Positions 29,128 through 37,101 of a DNA stretch of 64,000 nucleotides are shown one piece after another (position 1 is the stretch's first letter; each line of letters opens with the position of its first letter). The notes under the pieces were generated by a model, which did not search any database, was not told the origin of the DNA, and was given only the letters and a program-made list of their open reading frames with translations. The position numbers and the translations under genes were made by a program. The stretch comes from Rhodothermales bacterium (GTDB taxonomy: Bacteria > Bacteroidota > Rhodothermia > Rhodothermales > BA12), in the NCBI GenBank assembly GCA_963841855.1, contig CAWJEJ010000004.1, positions 588,455 to 652,454 on the forward strand, read 5' to 3'.

Positions 29128-29613
29128 CTACTTGCGTCCCCGCCCGCTTCCACCGCGACTTCCTGCCGACCGTCCGCTAGAACCGATCCGGCTGCTACCC
29201 GCACTCCGCGAGGGACCGTTGCGCTTCTTGGGGTCCGACTTCTGGCCTCGCACCGGCTTTCTGCGCGGCTTGAGTTTGGAGCCATTCTGCTCGGCTCGCA
29301 CCTCGTCCGCCGTCGGGCGCGGCTTCTCGGGCATCTCGCGGTAGAGCGTCACGATGCGGCCCATGGTCTGCACGACGTGGGCCCCGTCGATGCGACTGGC
29401 GAGCATCGGAGCGGCTTCCTTGGCGGACTGCGGCGCCGTTTCCAAAAACTTGACTTTGAGCAAGTCGGCCGTCGTGAACGCCTGCTCGAGCGTGCGCGCG
29501 ACGGCGTCGGTCACGCCCTCCTTGCCGACCTGGACAGTCGCTTTCAGGCCGTTGGCGCGGCTGCGCAGGGCGGCGCGCTGGCTAGAGGGGAGACGATCGG
29601 TATCGTTGGACAT
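29128..29613 (-). CDS. yhbY: YhbY-like CRM-domain RNA-binding protein with long basic C-terminal tail
   Basis: LRSRANGLKATVQVGKEGVTDAV...LLKVKF...VQTMGRIVTLYR matches the YhbY/CRS1 domain. About 60 aa of Lys/Arg/Gly/Ser-rich tail follows. Confidence 0.8.
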   Translation of the reverse strand: MSNDTDRLPSSQRAALRSRANGLKATVQVGKEGVTDAVARTLEQAFTTADLLKVKFLETAPQSAKEAAPMLASRIDGAHVVQTMGRIVTLYREMPEKPRPTADEVRAEQNGSKLKPRRKPVRGQKSDPKKRNGPSRSAGSSRIGSSGRSAGSRGGSGRGRK

Positions 29614-29728
29614 AGTCGAAAGTAGAAGAGACGCGCGCCTAAACGCGGAGGGGCGTGGGAAGTTGAATCGGGGTGCGCGCCGTAGCGCCGAATCATGCTG
29701 CGCCGCCGCGGCAGCAACTCATCCCACC

Positions 29729-31024
29729 TCACCCCAACCCGACACGCTCGAAAATCTCGTCGACGCGGCGCGTGTGGTAGGTGGGATCGAAGAGCGCGTC
29801 GATTTGCTCTTCGGTCAAGTGTTCGCGGATGTCGTCCGCTGCCAGGACGAGTGGCTGGAACGGCTCGCCATTGGTCCACGCTTGCATGGCGCGCGGCTGG
29901 ACGCGGTCGTAGGCGTCCTCCCTACTCAGCCCGGCCTCGACCAGGGCGAGCATCACGCGTTGGCTGTTGTGCAGACCGTACGTGCGGTCCATGTTGGCGC
30001 GCATGGCGTCGGGGAAGACCGTCAGGTTGTCCAGGATGCTCGTCATCCGCGTCAGCGCGTAGTGGCAGACGGTCGTGGCGTCGGGCAGGATGACGCGCTC
30101 GACCGACGAGTGGCTGATGTCGCGCTCGTGCCACAGCGCCACGTTCTCGTACGCGCTCACCATGTAGCCCCGCAGCAGTCGGCTCATGCCGGTCACGTTT
30201 TCGCTTCCGATCGGGTTGCGCTTGTGCGGCATCGCCGACGATCCCTTTTGCCCCGCCCGAAATGCCTCTTCGGCCTCGCGCACTTCGGACCGCTGCAAGT
30301 GACGCACCTCGACGGCCATCTTTTCCAAACTCGCTCCGATGCCCGCCAGCGTCGACATGTAGAAGGCGTGACGATCGCGCTGCAGTGTCTGGGTCGAGAT
30401 CGGCGCGGCGGCGAGGCCCAGGCGTTCGCACGTCAGGCGTTCCACCTCGGGCGGCGTGTGGGCGAACGTGCCGACGGCTCCGCTCAGCTTACCCACTTCG
30501 ACGCCCTTGGCCGCCAGTTCGAAGCGTTCGATTTGGCGTTCGATTTCGGCGTAGTAGAGCGCCAGCACCAGCCCAAACGTCGTCGGTTCGGCGTGGACGC
30601 CGTGCGTTCTTCCCATCATCAGCGTCGTCTTGTGCTCGACTGCACGCCGGGCCAGCACGCCCCGCATAGCGTGCAGCGCCTCGCGGATCAAGCCGTTGGC
30701 CTTCTTGAGCCGGACGCCCCACGCCGTATCGACCACATCCGTCGAGGTCAAACCGTAGTGAATCCACTTGCGCTCGTCGCCCAGCGTTTCGCTGACGGCG
30801 CGCGTAAAGGCGACCACGTCGTGCCGCGTCTCCCGCTCAATCTCGGCGATGCGCTCCATGCTGAACGACGCCTTTTCGTACAACGCGTCGATATCGGCAG
30901 CCGGAATCGCGCCGATCTGCGACCATCCCCAGCAAGCCGCCAGTTCCACGTCGAGCCACGCGTCGAACTGCCCCTTCTCACTCCACAGATCGGTCATTTC
31001 GGGACGGGAGTAGCGGTCGATCAT
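29729..31024 (-). CDS. purB: adenylosuccinate lyase
   Basis: 431 aa with MIDRYSRPEMTDLWSEKGQFDAWLDVELA, GLTSTDVVDTA and GSSAMPHKRNPIGSEN (fumarate-lyase signature). Confidence 0.97.
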   Translation of the reverse strand: MIDRYSRPEMTDLWSEKGQFDAWLDVELAACWGWSQIGAIPAADIDALYEKASFSMERIAEIERETRHDVVAFTRAVSETLGDERKWIHYGLTSTDVVDTAWGVRLKKANGLIREALHAMRGVLARRAVEHKTTLMMGRTHGVHAEPTTFGLVLALYYAEIERQIERFELAAKGVEVGKLSGAVGTFAHTPPEVERLTCERLGLAAAPISTQTLQRDRHAFYMSTLAGIGASLEKMAVEVRHLQRSEVREAEEAFRAGQKGSSAMPHKRNPIGSENVTGMSRLLRGYMVSAYENVALWHERDISHSSVERVILPDATTVCHYALTRMTSILDNLTVFPDAMRANMDRTYGLHNSQRVMLALVEAGLSREDAYDRVQPRAMQAWTNGEPFQPLVLAADDIREHLTEEQIDALFDPTYHTRRVDEIFERVGLG

Positions 31025-31068
31025 GGCGCGTCGGCGGTTGGGTGAAGAGGAAAGGTACCGGCGAGCAA
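30905..31068. repeat. direct repeat copy A (functional purB codons 1-40 plus ~45 bp upstream)
   Basis: Aligns with 31859-32022. About 110 of the first 120 positions are identical by manual alignment. Homology continues more weakly through TTGGGTGAA...AAAGGTACCGG. Confidence 0.8.
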
Positions 31069-31185
31069 GGCATCCGATAGCGAAAGGCTGTGGGATTCAT
31101 GCGCCCCCGCGACACGGCACACGATGGGAACCTGGTAGCACACACCTCGTGCTATGCAGGCGTCGCCACGCATACACATATTCTC

Positions 31186-31479
31186 ATGATTCGAACGTTT
31201 GCCGATACGGCGACGCTTGACCTGTTCAACGGAGCGCCCACCAAAGCCGCTCGCAAACGCCTTCCTGTCTCACTTCATGTCCAGACGAGCCGGAAGCTTG
31301 ATCTCCTCAACGCTGCTGCTTCGGTCGAAGACTTGCGAACTCCGCCGGGCAATCGGCTGGAAGTGCTAAAGGGCGACCGGGCCGGCCAACACTCCATCCG
31401 TATCAACCAGCAATACCGTATCTGCTTCGAGTGGACGCGTGAAGGTCCGTGCCAAGTTGAAGTCGTCGATTACCACTAA
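31186..31479 (+). CDS. higB: HigB-family type II toxin (RelE superfamily)
   Basis: MIRTFADTATLDLFNG...DLRTPPGNRLEVLKGDRAGQHSIRINQQYRICFEWTREGPCQVEVVDYH is a near-consensus HigB sequence. Toxin-first order is typical of higBA. Confidence 0.9.
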   Translation: MIRTFADTATLDLFNGAPTKAARKRLPVSLHVQTSRKLDLLNAAASVEDLRTPPGNRLEVLKGDRAGQHSIRINQQYRICFEWTREGPCQVEVVDYH

Positions 31480-31788
31480 ATGATGATTCGTCTACCTACC
31501 CACCGTCCTCCCACGCTTCCCGGCGAGATGCTCCGAGCCGAGTTTCTCGATCCGATGAGGCTGTCGCAAGCCGAGGCTGCGCGCGCGATGGGCATGCCGT
31601 TTCAGCGGCTCAACGCTGTCGTTCAGGGCCGCAGATCCGTCACGCCGTCGACGGCCTTACGGCTGGCGCGCTACCTGGGTACGACACCAGAGTTGTGGCT
31701 CAATCTGCAACGCAACGTCGACCTGTATCATGCGATAAGGGAAGAGGGTGCGGCACTCGAATCCATCGTGCCAGTCGAGCACAAGTAG
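31480..31788 (+). CDS. higA: HigA-family antitoxin (XRE-type HTH)
   Basis: PGEMLRAEFLDPMRLSQAEAARAMGMPFQRLNAVVQGRRSVTPSTALRLARYLGTTPELWLNLQ matches the HigA HTH. ATG directly abuts the higB stop. Confidence 0.9.
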   Translation: MMIRLPTHRPPTLPGEMLRAEFLDPMRLSQAEAARAMGMPFQRLNAVVQGRRSVTPSTALRLARYLGTTPELWLNLQRNVDLYHAIREEGAALESIVPVEHK

Positions 31789-31849
31789 AGATTCTGCTCG
31801 CCCATTGGCTCAACGAGTGCGCCACTCGTGCGGAGAGACTTGCCGCATG

Positions 31850-31978
31850 TTACTCTGAAATCGCGCCGATCTGCGACCAACCCCAGCACGCCGCCAGTTC
31901 CACGTCGAGCCACGCGTCGAACTGCCCGCGCTCGCTCCACAAGTCGGTCATTTCGGGGCGAGAGTAGCGGTCGATCAT
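31850..31978 (-). pseudogene. orphan duplicate of the purB 5' end (42 codons then stop)
   Basis: Minus-strand ATG at 31978 gives MIDRYSRPEMTDLWSERGQFDAWLDVELAACWGWSQIGAISE*, nearly identical to the purB N-terminus. Similarity stops abruptly at 31858. Confidence 0.85.
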
Positions 31979-32022
31979 CGGTTCAGCAGCTTGGGTGAAC
32001 CGCAAAGGTACCGGAAACCCAG
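31859..32022. repeat. direct repeat copy B (truncated purB 5' end plus upstream sequence)
   Basis: Partner of 30905-31068. See the pseudogene entry. Confidence 0.8.
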
Positions 32023-32174
32023 GTGAGCAAAACGCAAAAACCGGACAGATCGAAGAGGTCTGATCGGTCGGAATTGTTCAAGCGGTGAGCTGAGAGCAGT
32101 GTTGGGATCCAAGGGAATCGATCGAGCCGAGACTGCTTGCCAGCGCGCCGGAAGTCGATCAGACCCTGCCGGTG

Positions 32175-33098
32175 TCATCCGCGCTGTGCCTTGAACCAGT
32201 CGACGGTTGTGCGCAGGCCGTCGGCGATCGAGACCTGCGGCTGCCAGCCCAGCGCCTGCTGCGTGTGGGCGTAGCTGAGGACGCTGCGCATTTGCTCGCC
32301 CGGCTTGGCGGCGACGTGCCGCTCGTCGGTGTGGCCGCCGGTATAGTCGTTGATGGTGCGGAAGAGCGTCACCACGTCGGTCTCGACGCCCGTCCCGACG
32401 TTGAAGATGCCGCTCTGCTCGTGCTCCAGCACAGCCAAGTTGGCGCGCACTACGTCACCGACGAACACGTAGTCGCGCGTCTGCGAGCCGTCGCCGTTGA
32501 CGACGGGCTGCTCGCGGTCGAGCATCTTTTCGGCGAAAATGGCGATCACGCCCGCCTCTCCGTGCGGATTCTGGCGCGGACCGTAGATGTTGCCGTAGCG
32601 CAGGATGGCGAAGCGGATACCGTGCGTCTGCTCGTAGAAGTAGAGGTATTTCTCGGTCACCAGTTTGGTGATGCCGTAGGGCGAGAGCGGCCGGAGCGGA
32701 TGCGATTCGTCTTGAGGCACGTACTCGGGATCACCGTAGATGGCCCCGCCGGTCGACGCGAAGACGACCTTCTGCAACCCACCTTCGCGTCCGGCTTCCA
32801 TCAGGTTGAGAAAGCCGTCGACGTTGATGCTCGCGTCCAGGCGCGGGTCGGCTACGCTGCGGCGCACGTCCATCTGCGCGGCGTGGTGCACCAGAACCTG
32901 GGGACGATGCGCGCGGATCAGATCGGCCGCTTGGGTGCTGCGGATGTCGGCGCGGTGGAAGGTGGCACCGGCGGGCACATTGCGCTCGAAGCCGCTGCTC
33001 AAGTCGTCCATCACGTGCACGTCGTGCCCCAGCCCGATCAACGCGTCGGCAACGTGCGAGCCGATGAACCCGGCGCCGCCGGTAACGAGGATGCGCAT
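32175..33098 (-). CDS. NAD-dependent epimerase/dehydratase (UDP-glucose 4-epimerase-like)
   Basis: MRILVTGGAGFIGSH Rossmann start and YGITKLVTE (YxxxK) catalytic motif. ATG at 33098 preferred over the track start at 33212. Confidence 0.85.
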   Translation of the reverse strand: MRILVTGGAGFIGSHVADALIGLGHDVHVMDDLSSGFERNVPAGATFHRADIRSTQAADLIRAHRPQVLVHHAAQMDVRRSVADPRLDASINVDGFLNLMEAGREGGLQKVVFASTGGAIYGDPEYVPQDESHPLRPLSPYGITKLVTEKYLYFYEQTHGIRFAILRYGNIYGPRQNPHGEAGVIAIFAEKMLDREQPVVNGDGSQTRDYVFVGDVVRANLAVLEHEQSGIFNVGTGVETDVVTLFRTINDYTGGHTDERHVAAKPGEQMRSVLSYAHTQQALGWQPQVSIADGLRTTVDWFKAQRG

Positions 33099-33225
33099 GA
33101 CGAAGGGGCGAAAGGAGAACGGTCGAGCGCGCAAGATAACCGCGTGAGCAGACGGAGACGCGCGCCAATCCACTCTGACGCGAAGGGCGAGGCGCCCTAT
33201 CTTGAAGCGCATTCATTCCGCTCCC

Positions 33226-33726
33226 ATGACCGATACTCTGTTCACTCACCTGTCGTCGTCCGAGGGCGGTGCTCGCATAGCCGACGTAGCCGACAGGGGC
33301 CGCGCCACGCGCACCGCCGTCGCCGCAGGTCGTGTGCAGGTCGGCCCCGAAGCGGCGCGCCTGATCGCCGAGGGCAGCGTCCGCAAGGGCGATGTCTTCT
33401 CGGTCGCGCAGATCGCGGGCATCTTGGGCGCCAAGCAGACGAGCCGCCTGATCCCGCTGTGCCACGACGTGCAGGTCAAAGGCGTCGAAGTCACGCTCGA
33501 ACTCGACGAGGAAGGCGACGCCGTCGACGTGCGCGCGTTCGTCAAGACAGTCGGCGAAACCGGCGTCGAAATGGAGGCGCTGACGGCCGTCTCGGTCGCA
33601 TCGCTGACGGTCTACGACATGTGTAAGTCGATCAACAAGGAGATCGAGATCTCCAGCATCCGCCTGCTCGCCAAGACCGGAGGCCAGAGCGGCGACTACC
33701 TCCGCCCCGCTTCGGACGACCGCTGA
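33226..33726 (+). CDS. moaC: cyclic pyranopterin monophosphate synthase accessory protein MoaC
   Basis: [49 protein letters not shown] and [12 protein letters not shown] are canonical MoaC motifs. Confidence 0.93.
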   Translation: MTDTLFTHLSSSEGGARIADVADRGRATRTAVAAGRVQVGPEAARLIAEGSVRKGDVFSVAQIAGILGAKQTSRLIPLCHDVQVKGVEVTLELDEEGDAVDVRAFVKTVGETGVEMEALTAVSVASLTVYDMCKSINKEIEISSIRLLAKTGGQSGDYLRPASDDR

Positions 33727-33837
33727 CTCACGGCCTCGCGCCAAGCGCAGGCGCGTGTTTCTGCGGCTCGAATCGTCGTCTTGCGAGTTTGAGGTGACGA
33801 TGCCGCAGACGCGTCGCTCGCTCTCGAATTCAGCTCA

Positions 33838-33848
33838 CCCCCCCCCCC
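33838..33848 (+). repeat. C11 homopolymer 15 nt upstream of the floA start codon
   Basis: cagctcaCCCCCCCCCCCtctacctcgctctcATG, counted directly across lines 33781 and 33841. Confidence 0.9.
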
Positions 33849-33862
33849 TCTACCTCGCTCTC

Positions 33863-34840
33863 ATGGAAATCTTTGGCGCTACCGCAGGCGTGTTCATCGT
33901 CGCCGCCGTCATCGTCGGCATCTTCGTGCTGTTCTACTTCGTGCCGATCCGGCTGTGGATTGAGGCGACCACGAGCGGCGTCCGCGTGCCGATCTCGACG
34001 CTGATCGGGATGCGCCTGCGTGGCGTCTCACCCGTTTCGATCGTGCGCCCGCTGATCATCGCACACAAGGCAGGCATTCCGGTCACGCCCAACCAGCTGG
34101 AGACGCACCACCTGGCGGGCGGCAACGTGCGCCGCGTCGTCAACGCCCTCGTCTCGGCCGACAAGGCGCGCATCGACCTGCCCTTCGATCAAGCGACGGC
34201 CATCGACCTGGCCGGGCGTGATGTGCTCGAAGCGGTTCAGGTGTCGGTCAATCCGCGCGTGATCGAGACGCCGCCGATCTCGGCCATCGCCAAGGACGGC
34301 ATCCAGCTGCGCGCCATCGCACGCGTGACCGTGCGCGCTAACATCAAGCGGCTCGTCGGCGGCGCCGGAGAGGACACCATCATCGCCCGCGTCGGCGAAG
34401 GCATCGTCTCGACGATCGGCTCGGCCCAGTCGCACGCCGCGGTTCTCGAAAACCCGGACGCCATCTCCAAGACGGTTCTGGCCAAGGGGCTGGACAGTGG
34501 AACGGCGTTCGAGATCCTATCGATCGACATCGCCGACGTGGACGTGGGCGAGAACATCGGCGCCAAGCTCCAGACGGATCAGGCCGAGGCCGACCTGCAC
34601 GTCGCCCGGGCCAAAGCCGAAGAGCGGCGCGCTACGGCCGTCGCTCAGGAGCAGGAGGAGCGCGCCAACTTGGTCGCTGCCGAAGGCGAGGTCCCCAAAG
34701 CCATCGCCGACGCGTTTCGCAGCGGTAACCTGGGCGTGATGGACTACTACAACCTGCGCAACATACAGGCCGACACCAAGATGCGCGAGTCGCTAGGCAA
34801 GTCGGACGAGGAAGGCGGCGGCATGGGTCGGTCGCTGTAA
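33863..34840 (+). CDS. floA: flotillin-like protein FloA (UPF0365)
   Basis: [32 protein letters not shown]...[23 protein letters not shown]...[18 protein letters not shown] matches the FloA family. ATG at 33863 chosen. Confidence 0.9.
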   Translation: MEIFGATAGVFIVAAVIVGIFVLFYFVPIRLWIEATTSGVRVPISTLIGMRLRGVSPVSIVRPLIIAHKAGIPVTPNQLETHHLAGGNVRRVVNALVSADKARIDLPFDQATAIDLAGRDVLEAVQVSVNPRVIETPPISAIAKDGIQLRAIARVTVRANIKRLVGGAGEDTIIARVGEGIVSTIGSAQSHAAVLENPDAISKTVLAKGLDSGTAFEILSIDIADVDVGENIGAKLQTDQAEADLHVARAKAEERRATAVAQEQEERANLVAAEGEVPKAIADAFRSGNLGVMDYYNLRNIQADTKMRESLGKSDEEGGGMGRSL

Positions 34841-34847
34841 GAGACTT

Positions 34848-34891
34848 CGCCCGCTCACCCACTGGTGACCGCTCACCAGCGAGACTGTGTT
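34848..34891 (+). repeat. partial (3'-half) copy of the attC-like repeat at the left edge of the cassette array
   Basis: GCCCGCTCACCC (12/12), CACCAG and CTGTGTT occur in the same order and similar spacing as in the 3' halves of the full repeats. Confidence 0.4.
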
Positions 34892-34910
34892 CGACCCCTT
34901 GCTCACGAAT

Positions 34911-35261
34911 ATGTATTGGGTGCTCGTCTCCGCTCCCATCTTGGTCGGTCTCGTAGGCGCTGTATTTGCCCAAAGGGCTTACGTACGTGGCGCATTTGAC
35001 GCCGCTGCCTTCCGCCTGCTGCTTGCGGCAGTGACCGCGGCGGTCGTGGGAGTGAGCGGCATTTGGTACAACGGCGTCAGTTCGCTTGGCGACACGGATG
35101 AGGTCGGTTTCATAATGGGCCATGGTTCACCTGCCCTTCTCGCTGAGGGGTGGCACGTCGGTATGCGTTTCTCACCTGTCGGCGCTTCCGTCGCAATCGT
35201 GCTCGCCGTAGCTGGAATGATGATTTGGACCAAGCACACTTCTTCACTCCGCGCGGTGTAA
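34911..35261 (+). CDS. cassette ORF: small 3-TM membrane protein, hypothetical
   Basis: MYWVLVSAPILVGLVGAVF... with three hydrophobic helices. The stop TAA is the TAA of the repeat core gtgTAAc. A GTG at 34887 is an alternative start. Confidence 0.45.
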   Translation: MYWVLVSAPILVGLVGAVFAQRAYVRGAFDAAAFRLLLAAVTAAVVGVSGIWYNGVSSLGDTDEVGFIMGHGSPALLAEGWHVGMRFSPVGASVAIVLAVAGMMIWTKHTSSLRAV

Positions 35262-35376
35262 CCCACGGCTGCGGGCGACGCAAAGGCGGGCGGTTTTGCT
35301 CTGCGTCAGGTGCGGCGATCACATTGCCCGCTCACCCTTCGGCGCGGTTTGCGCACCAGAGTTTTATCTGTAATGC
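35255..35376 (+). repeat. attC-like structured repeat, copy 1
   Basis: GGTGTAACCCACGGCTGCGGGCGACGCAAAGG...TTTGCGCACCAGAGTTTTATCTGTAATGC. Alignable over its full length with copies 2 and 3. Confidence 0.6.
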
Positions 35377-35436
35377 GGCTTGCCGAACCGTGTCGGCAAG
35401 ACAGAGTTGGGAGGAGCTCAACCAGTCGCCAAACCA

Positions 35437-35637
35437 ATGAGCGTCCAGCAACTAGAAACGGCTGTCGTAGAACTCAGCGAAAACGAACTGTCTCGGTTCG
35501 GCCAGTGGTTTGATGAGTACCGCGCCGAAGCATGGGATCGTCAGATTGAGCGTGACGCACAGTCAGGCCGACTCGACGCCCTCATCTCCGAGGCGCAGGC
35601 TGACATTGCCGCCGGTCGCGTCCGCGAGACTCCGTGA
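35437..35637 (+). CDS. type II antitoxin (partner of the RelE/ParE-like toxin)
   Basis: 66 aa with LSENELSRFGQWFDEYRAEAWDRQIERDAQSGRLDALISEA, a pattern I recall from antitoxins paired with this toxin type. GTGA overlap with the toxin gene. Confidence 0.6.
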   Translation: MSVQQLETAVVELSENELSRFGQWFDEYRAEAWDRQIERDAQSGRLDALISEAQADIAAGRVRETP

Positions 35638-35900
35638 GGCACCAAACAACTGCTGCCTTCTGGTCGCGCTTTGACAAACTGGACTCTTCGGTTCAGCGAC
35701 TCGCACGCAAGAACTATGCGCTGCTCGAAGCGGACGAGCGTCATCCATCGCTGCATTTCAAGAAGCTCGCCGGTACATCTCCGCGGTTGTGGTCAGTTCG
35801 AGTAGGAATAGATCATCGTGCTCTCGGCATTGAGGAGGGCGATGCCATCTTCTGGTTCTGGATCGGTCCGCATGACGAATACGACCGTCTCACGGATTGA
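35634..35900 (+). CDS. RelE/ParE-superfamily type II toxin
   Basis: FWSRFDKL...HPSLHFKKLAGTSPRLWSVRVGIDHRALGIEEGDAIFWFWIGPHDEYDRL fits the RelE/ParE-like toxin pattern (HPSLxFKKL...SVRI...YRA...WFWIGxHxxYD). Confidence 0.75.
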   Translation: MRHQTTAAFWSRFDKLDSSVQRLARKNYALLEADERHPSLHFKKLAGTSPRLWSVRVGIDHRALGIEEGDAIFWFWIGPHDEYDRLTD

Positions 35901-35904
35901 AGAC

Positions 35905-36025
35905 GGCATAACCCACGGTTGCGGGCGACGCAAAGGCGGGCTGTCTTGCTCTGCGTCAGATGCGGCGATTACATTGCTCGCTCACCCTTCGGCGTGATTG
36001 CGCGCCAGATCCTCGTCTGTTATGC
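35905..36025 (+). repeat. attC-like structured repeat, copy 2
   Basis: GGCATAACCCACGGTTGCGGGCGACGCAAAGG...ATTGCGCGCCAGATCCTCGTCTGTTATGC. Terminal 7-mers GCATAAC / GTTATGC are perfect inverted repeats. Confidence 0.65.
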
Positions 36026-36432
36026 CGCTTAGCGAGGCTGAGGTACACGAGCGCGCCTTCGTCAAGGCTTTCGCTGCTCCTAATCGCCGCGAACGATACC
36101 TCGGGCTGCTCAGCACCAGTAAAGGACGGCGCAAGTTCGTGGCGGGACTCCATCATAACCTCGACCTTGACTCCCGCTATGCCGAGCGCTTGGATGCCGG
36201 ACACAACCGAGAGGAAATCGAAGCAATCATAACACGCGCGCTGGGCGCAGATTCAGAGTGTTGGCTCATCTCAGATTACCCGGAGTTGGACGGAAAGCGG
36301 CTTCTTCTCGGTGAGGCGCTTCGAGCTATTTCTGGCTACGGCGGAGGTACAATCATCTCCTGCGTGGCGGGCAAGTCGGCGTATTACGAGGGCGAGGATC
36401 GCGGAGCGAGGCTCATCTGTCGTAGGAAGTAG
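36022..36432 (+). CDS. cassette ORF: hypothetical protein (136 aa)
   Basis: The ATG lies inside the distal repeat core GTTATGC. MPLSEAEVHERAFVKAFAAPNRRERYLGLLSTSKGRRKF... has balanced composition. No family recognised. Confidence 0.5.
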   Translation: MPLSEAEVHERAFVKAFAAPNRRERYLGLLSTSKGRRKFVAGLHHNLDLDSRYAERLDAGHNREEIEAIITRALGADSECWLISDYPELDGKRLLLGEALRAISGYGGGTIISCVAGKSAYYEGEDRGARLICRRK

Positions 36433-36435
36433 AGC

Positions 36436-36554
36436 GGTGTAACCCAGGGTTGCGGGCGACGCAAAGCTGGGCGGTTTCCGCTATTCGAGTGCGGTGCTAC
36501 ATTGCCCGCTCACACGTCGGCGTGCTTTGCGCGCCAGAGCCTCGTCTGTTCTGC
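36436..36554 (+). repeat. attC-like structured repeat, copy 3
   Basis: GGTGTAACCCAGGGTTGCGGGCGACGCAAAGC...CTTTGCGCGCCAGAGCCTCGTCTGTTCTGC. Starts 4 nt after the preceding stop codon. Confidence 0.6.
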
Positions 36555-36579
36555 AGCGCTACCATCTGACCGCTCAAAT

Positions 36580-37101
36580 ATGGACGACACAATCGGCACG
36601 TGGGCACTAAACGCTTACCGCATGGTCGAGAGTGAGATGGTCCCAACGCTTCCAAGCGAGAAGCGGGCGGCTATCGGCACGTTCCTCGTCGGCGACGACT
36701 TCGACTGTCTAGACGAGTTGGAGTTGGCGCGCGGTCTCCAACTCCGCGTTCTACCCAGCGGCCGGTTCGAGCAGACTGCCGAGCCCGCCTTCGACCGAAC
36801 GATGATCGACTTCGAGGGTGCTACCACGTCCCTCGGTTCTCCGGACTTCGTGGTGGCATTCGACGGGCGGCTGATCCGCGTTGGGTCTCGACTGTACCTC
36901 CATCCCGATGACGCCCCAGCACGGAGCACCTCGGAAGGGCGGTGGGTCGAAGCGCAGCTGCTGAGGTACGACGATGGCGACACGGTTGTGTGCGAGTGGA
37001 TCGAGAAGCGAGGGACATCGCTGTTTCGCACCGCGTCAATGGTGACGGACGAAGCCTACCTGAGTCGCCTGACGCTCCGGTACGAGAGGAAACGAGCGTG
37101 A
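36580..37101 (+). CDS. cassette ORF: hypothetical protein (173 aa)
   Basis: MDDTIGTWALNAYRMVESEMVPTLPSEKRAAIGTFLVGDDFDCLDELELARGL... has acidic, balanced composition. No family recognised. Track start at 36502 lies inside the repeat and is rejected. Confidence 0.5.
   Translation: MDDTIGTWALNAYRMVESEMVPTLPSEKRAAIGTFLVGDDFDCLDELELARGLQLRVLPSGRFEQTAEPAFDRTMIDFEGATTSLGSPDFVVAFDGRLIRVGSRLYLHPDDAPARSTSEGRWVEAQLLRYDDGDTVVCEWIEKRGTSLFRTASMVTDEAYLSRLTLRYERKRA

Noticed and set aside
29354-31045. 563-aa plus-strand ORF antisense to purB and yhbY
   Set aside because: Shadow frame. purB and yhbY on the minus strand carry canonical family motifs, and this ORF is Arg/Ala/His-rich with no motif.
33099-33225. 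Possible Moco riboswitch upstream of moaC, and SAM riboswitch upstream of the cystathionine enzyme gene (43225..43326)
   Set aside because: I could not recognise the conserved core motifs or helices of either class by eye. An Rfam scan would be needed, so no feature was called.
32172-33626. 484-aa plus-strand ORF and 337-aa minus-strand ORF (32731..33744) spanning the epimerase and moaC genes
   Set aside because: They cross two oppositely oriented, motif-supported genes and have shadow-frame composition.
35255-36554. Possibility that the three ~120-bp repeats are a CRISPR array
   Set aside because: Repeats are about four times longer than CRISPR repeats. The spacers are 430-530 bp and contain complete ORFs, and no cas genes are present. 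The architecture fits cassettes and attC sites instead.
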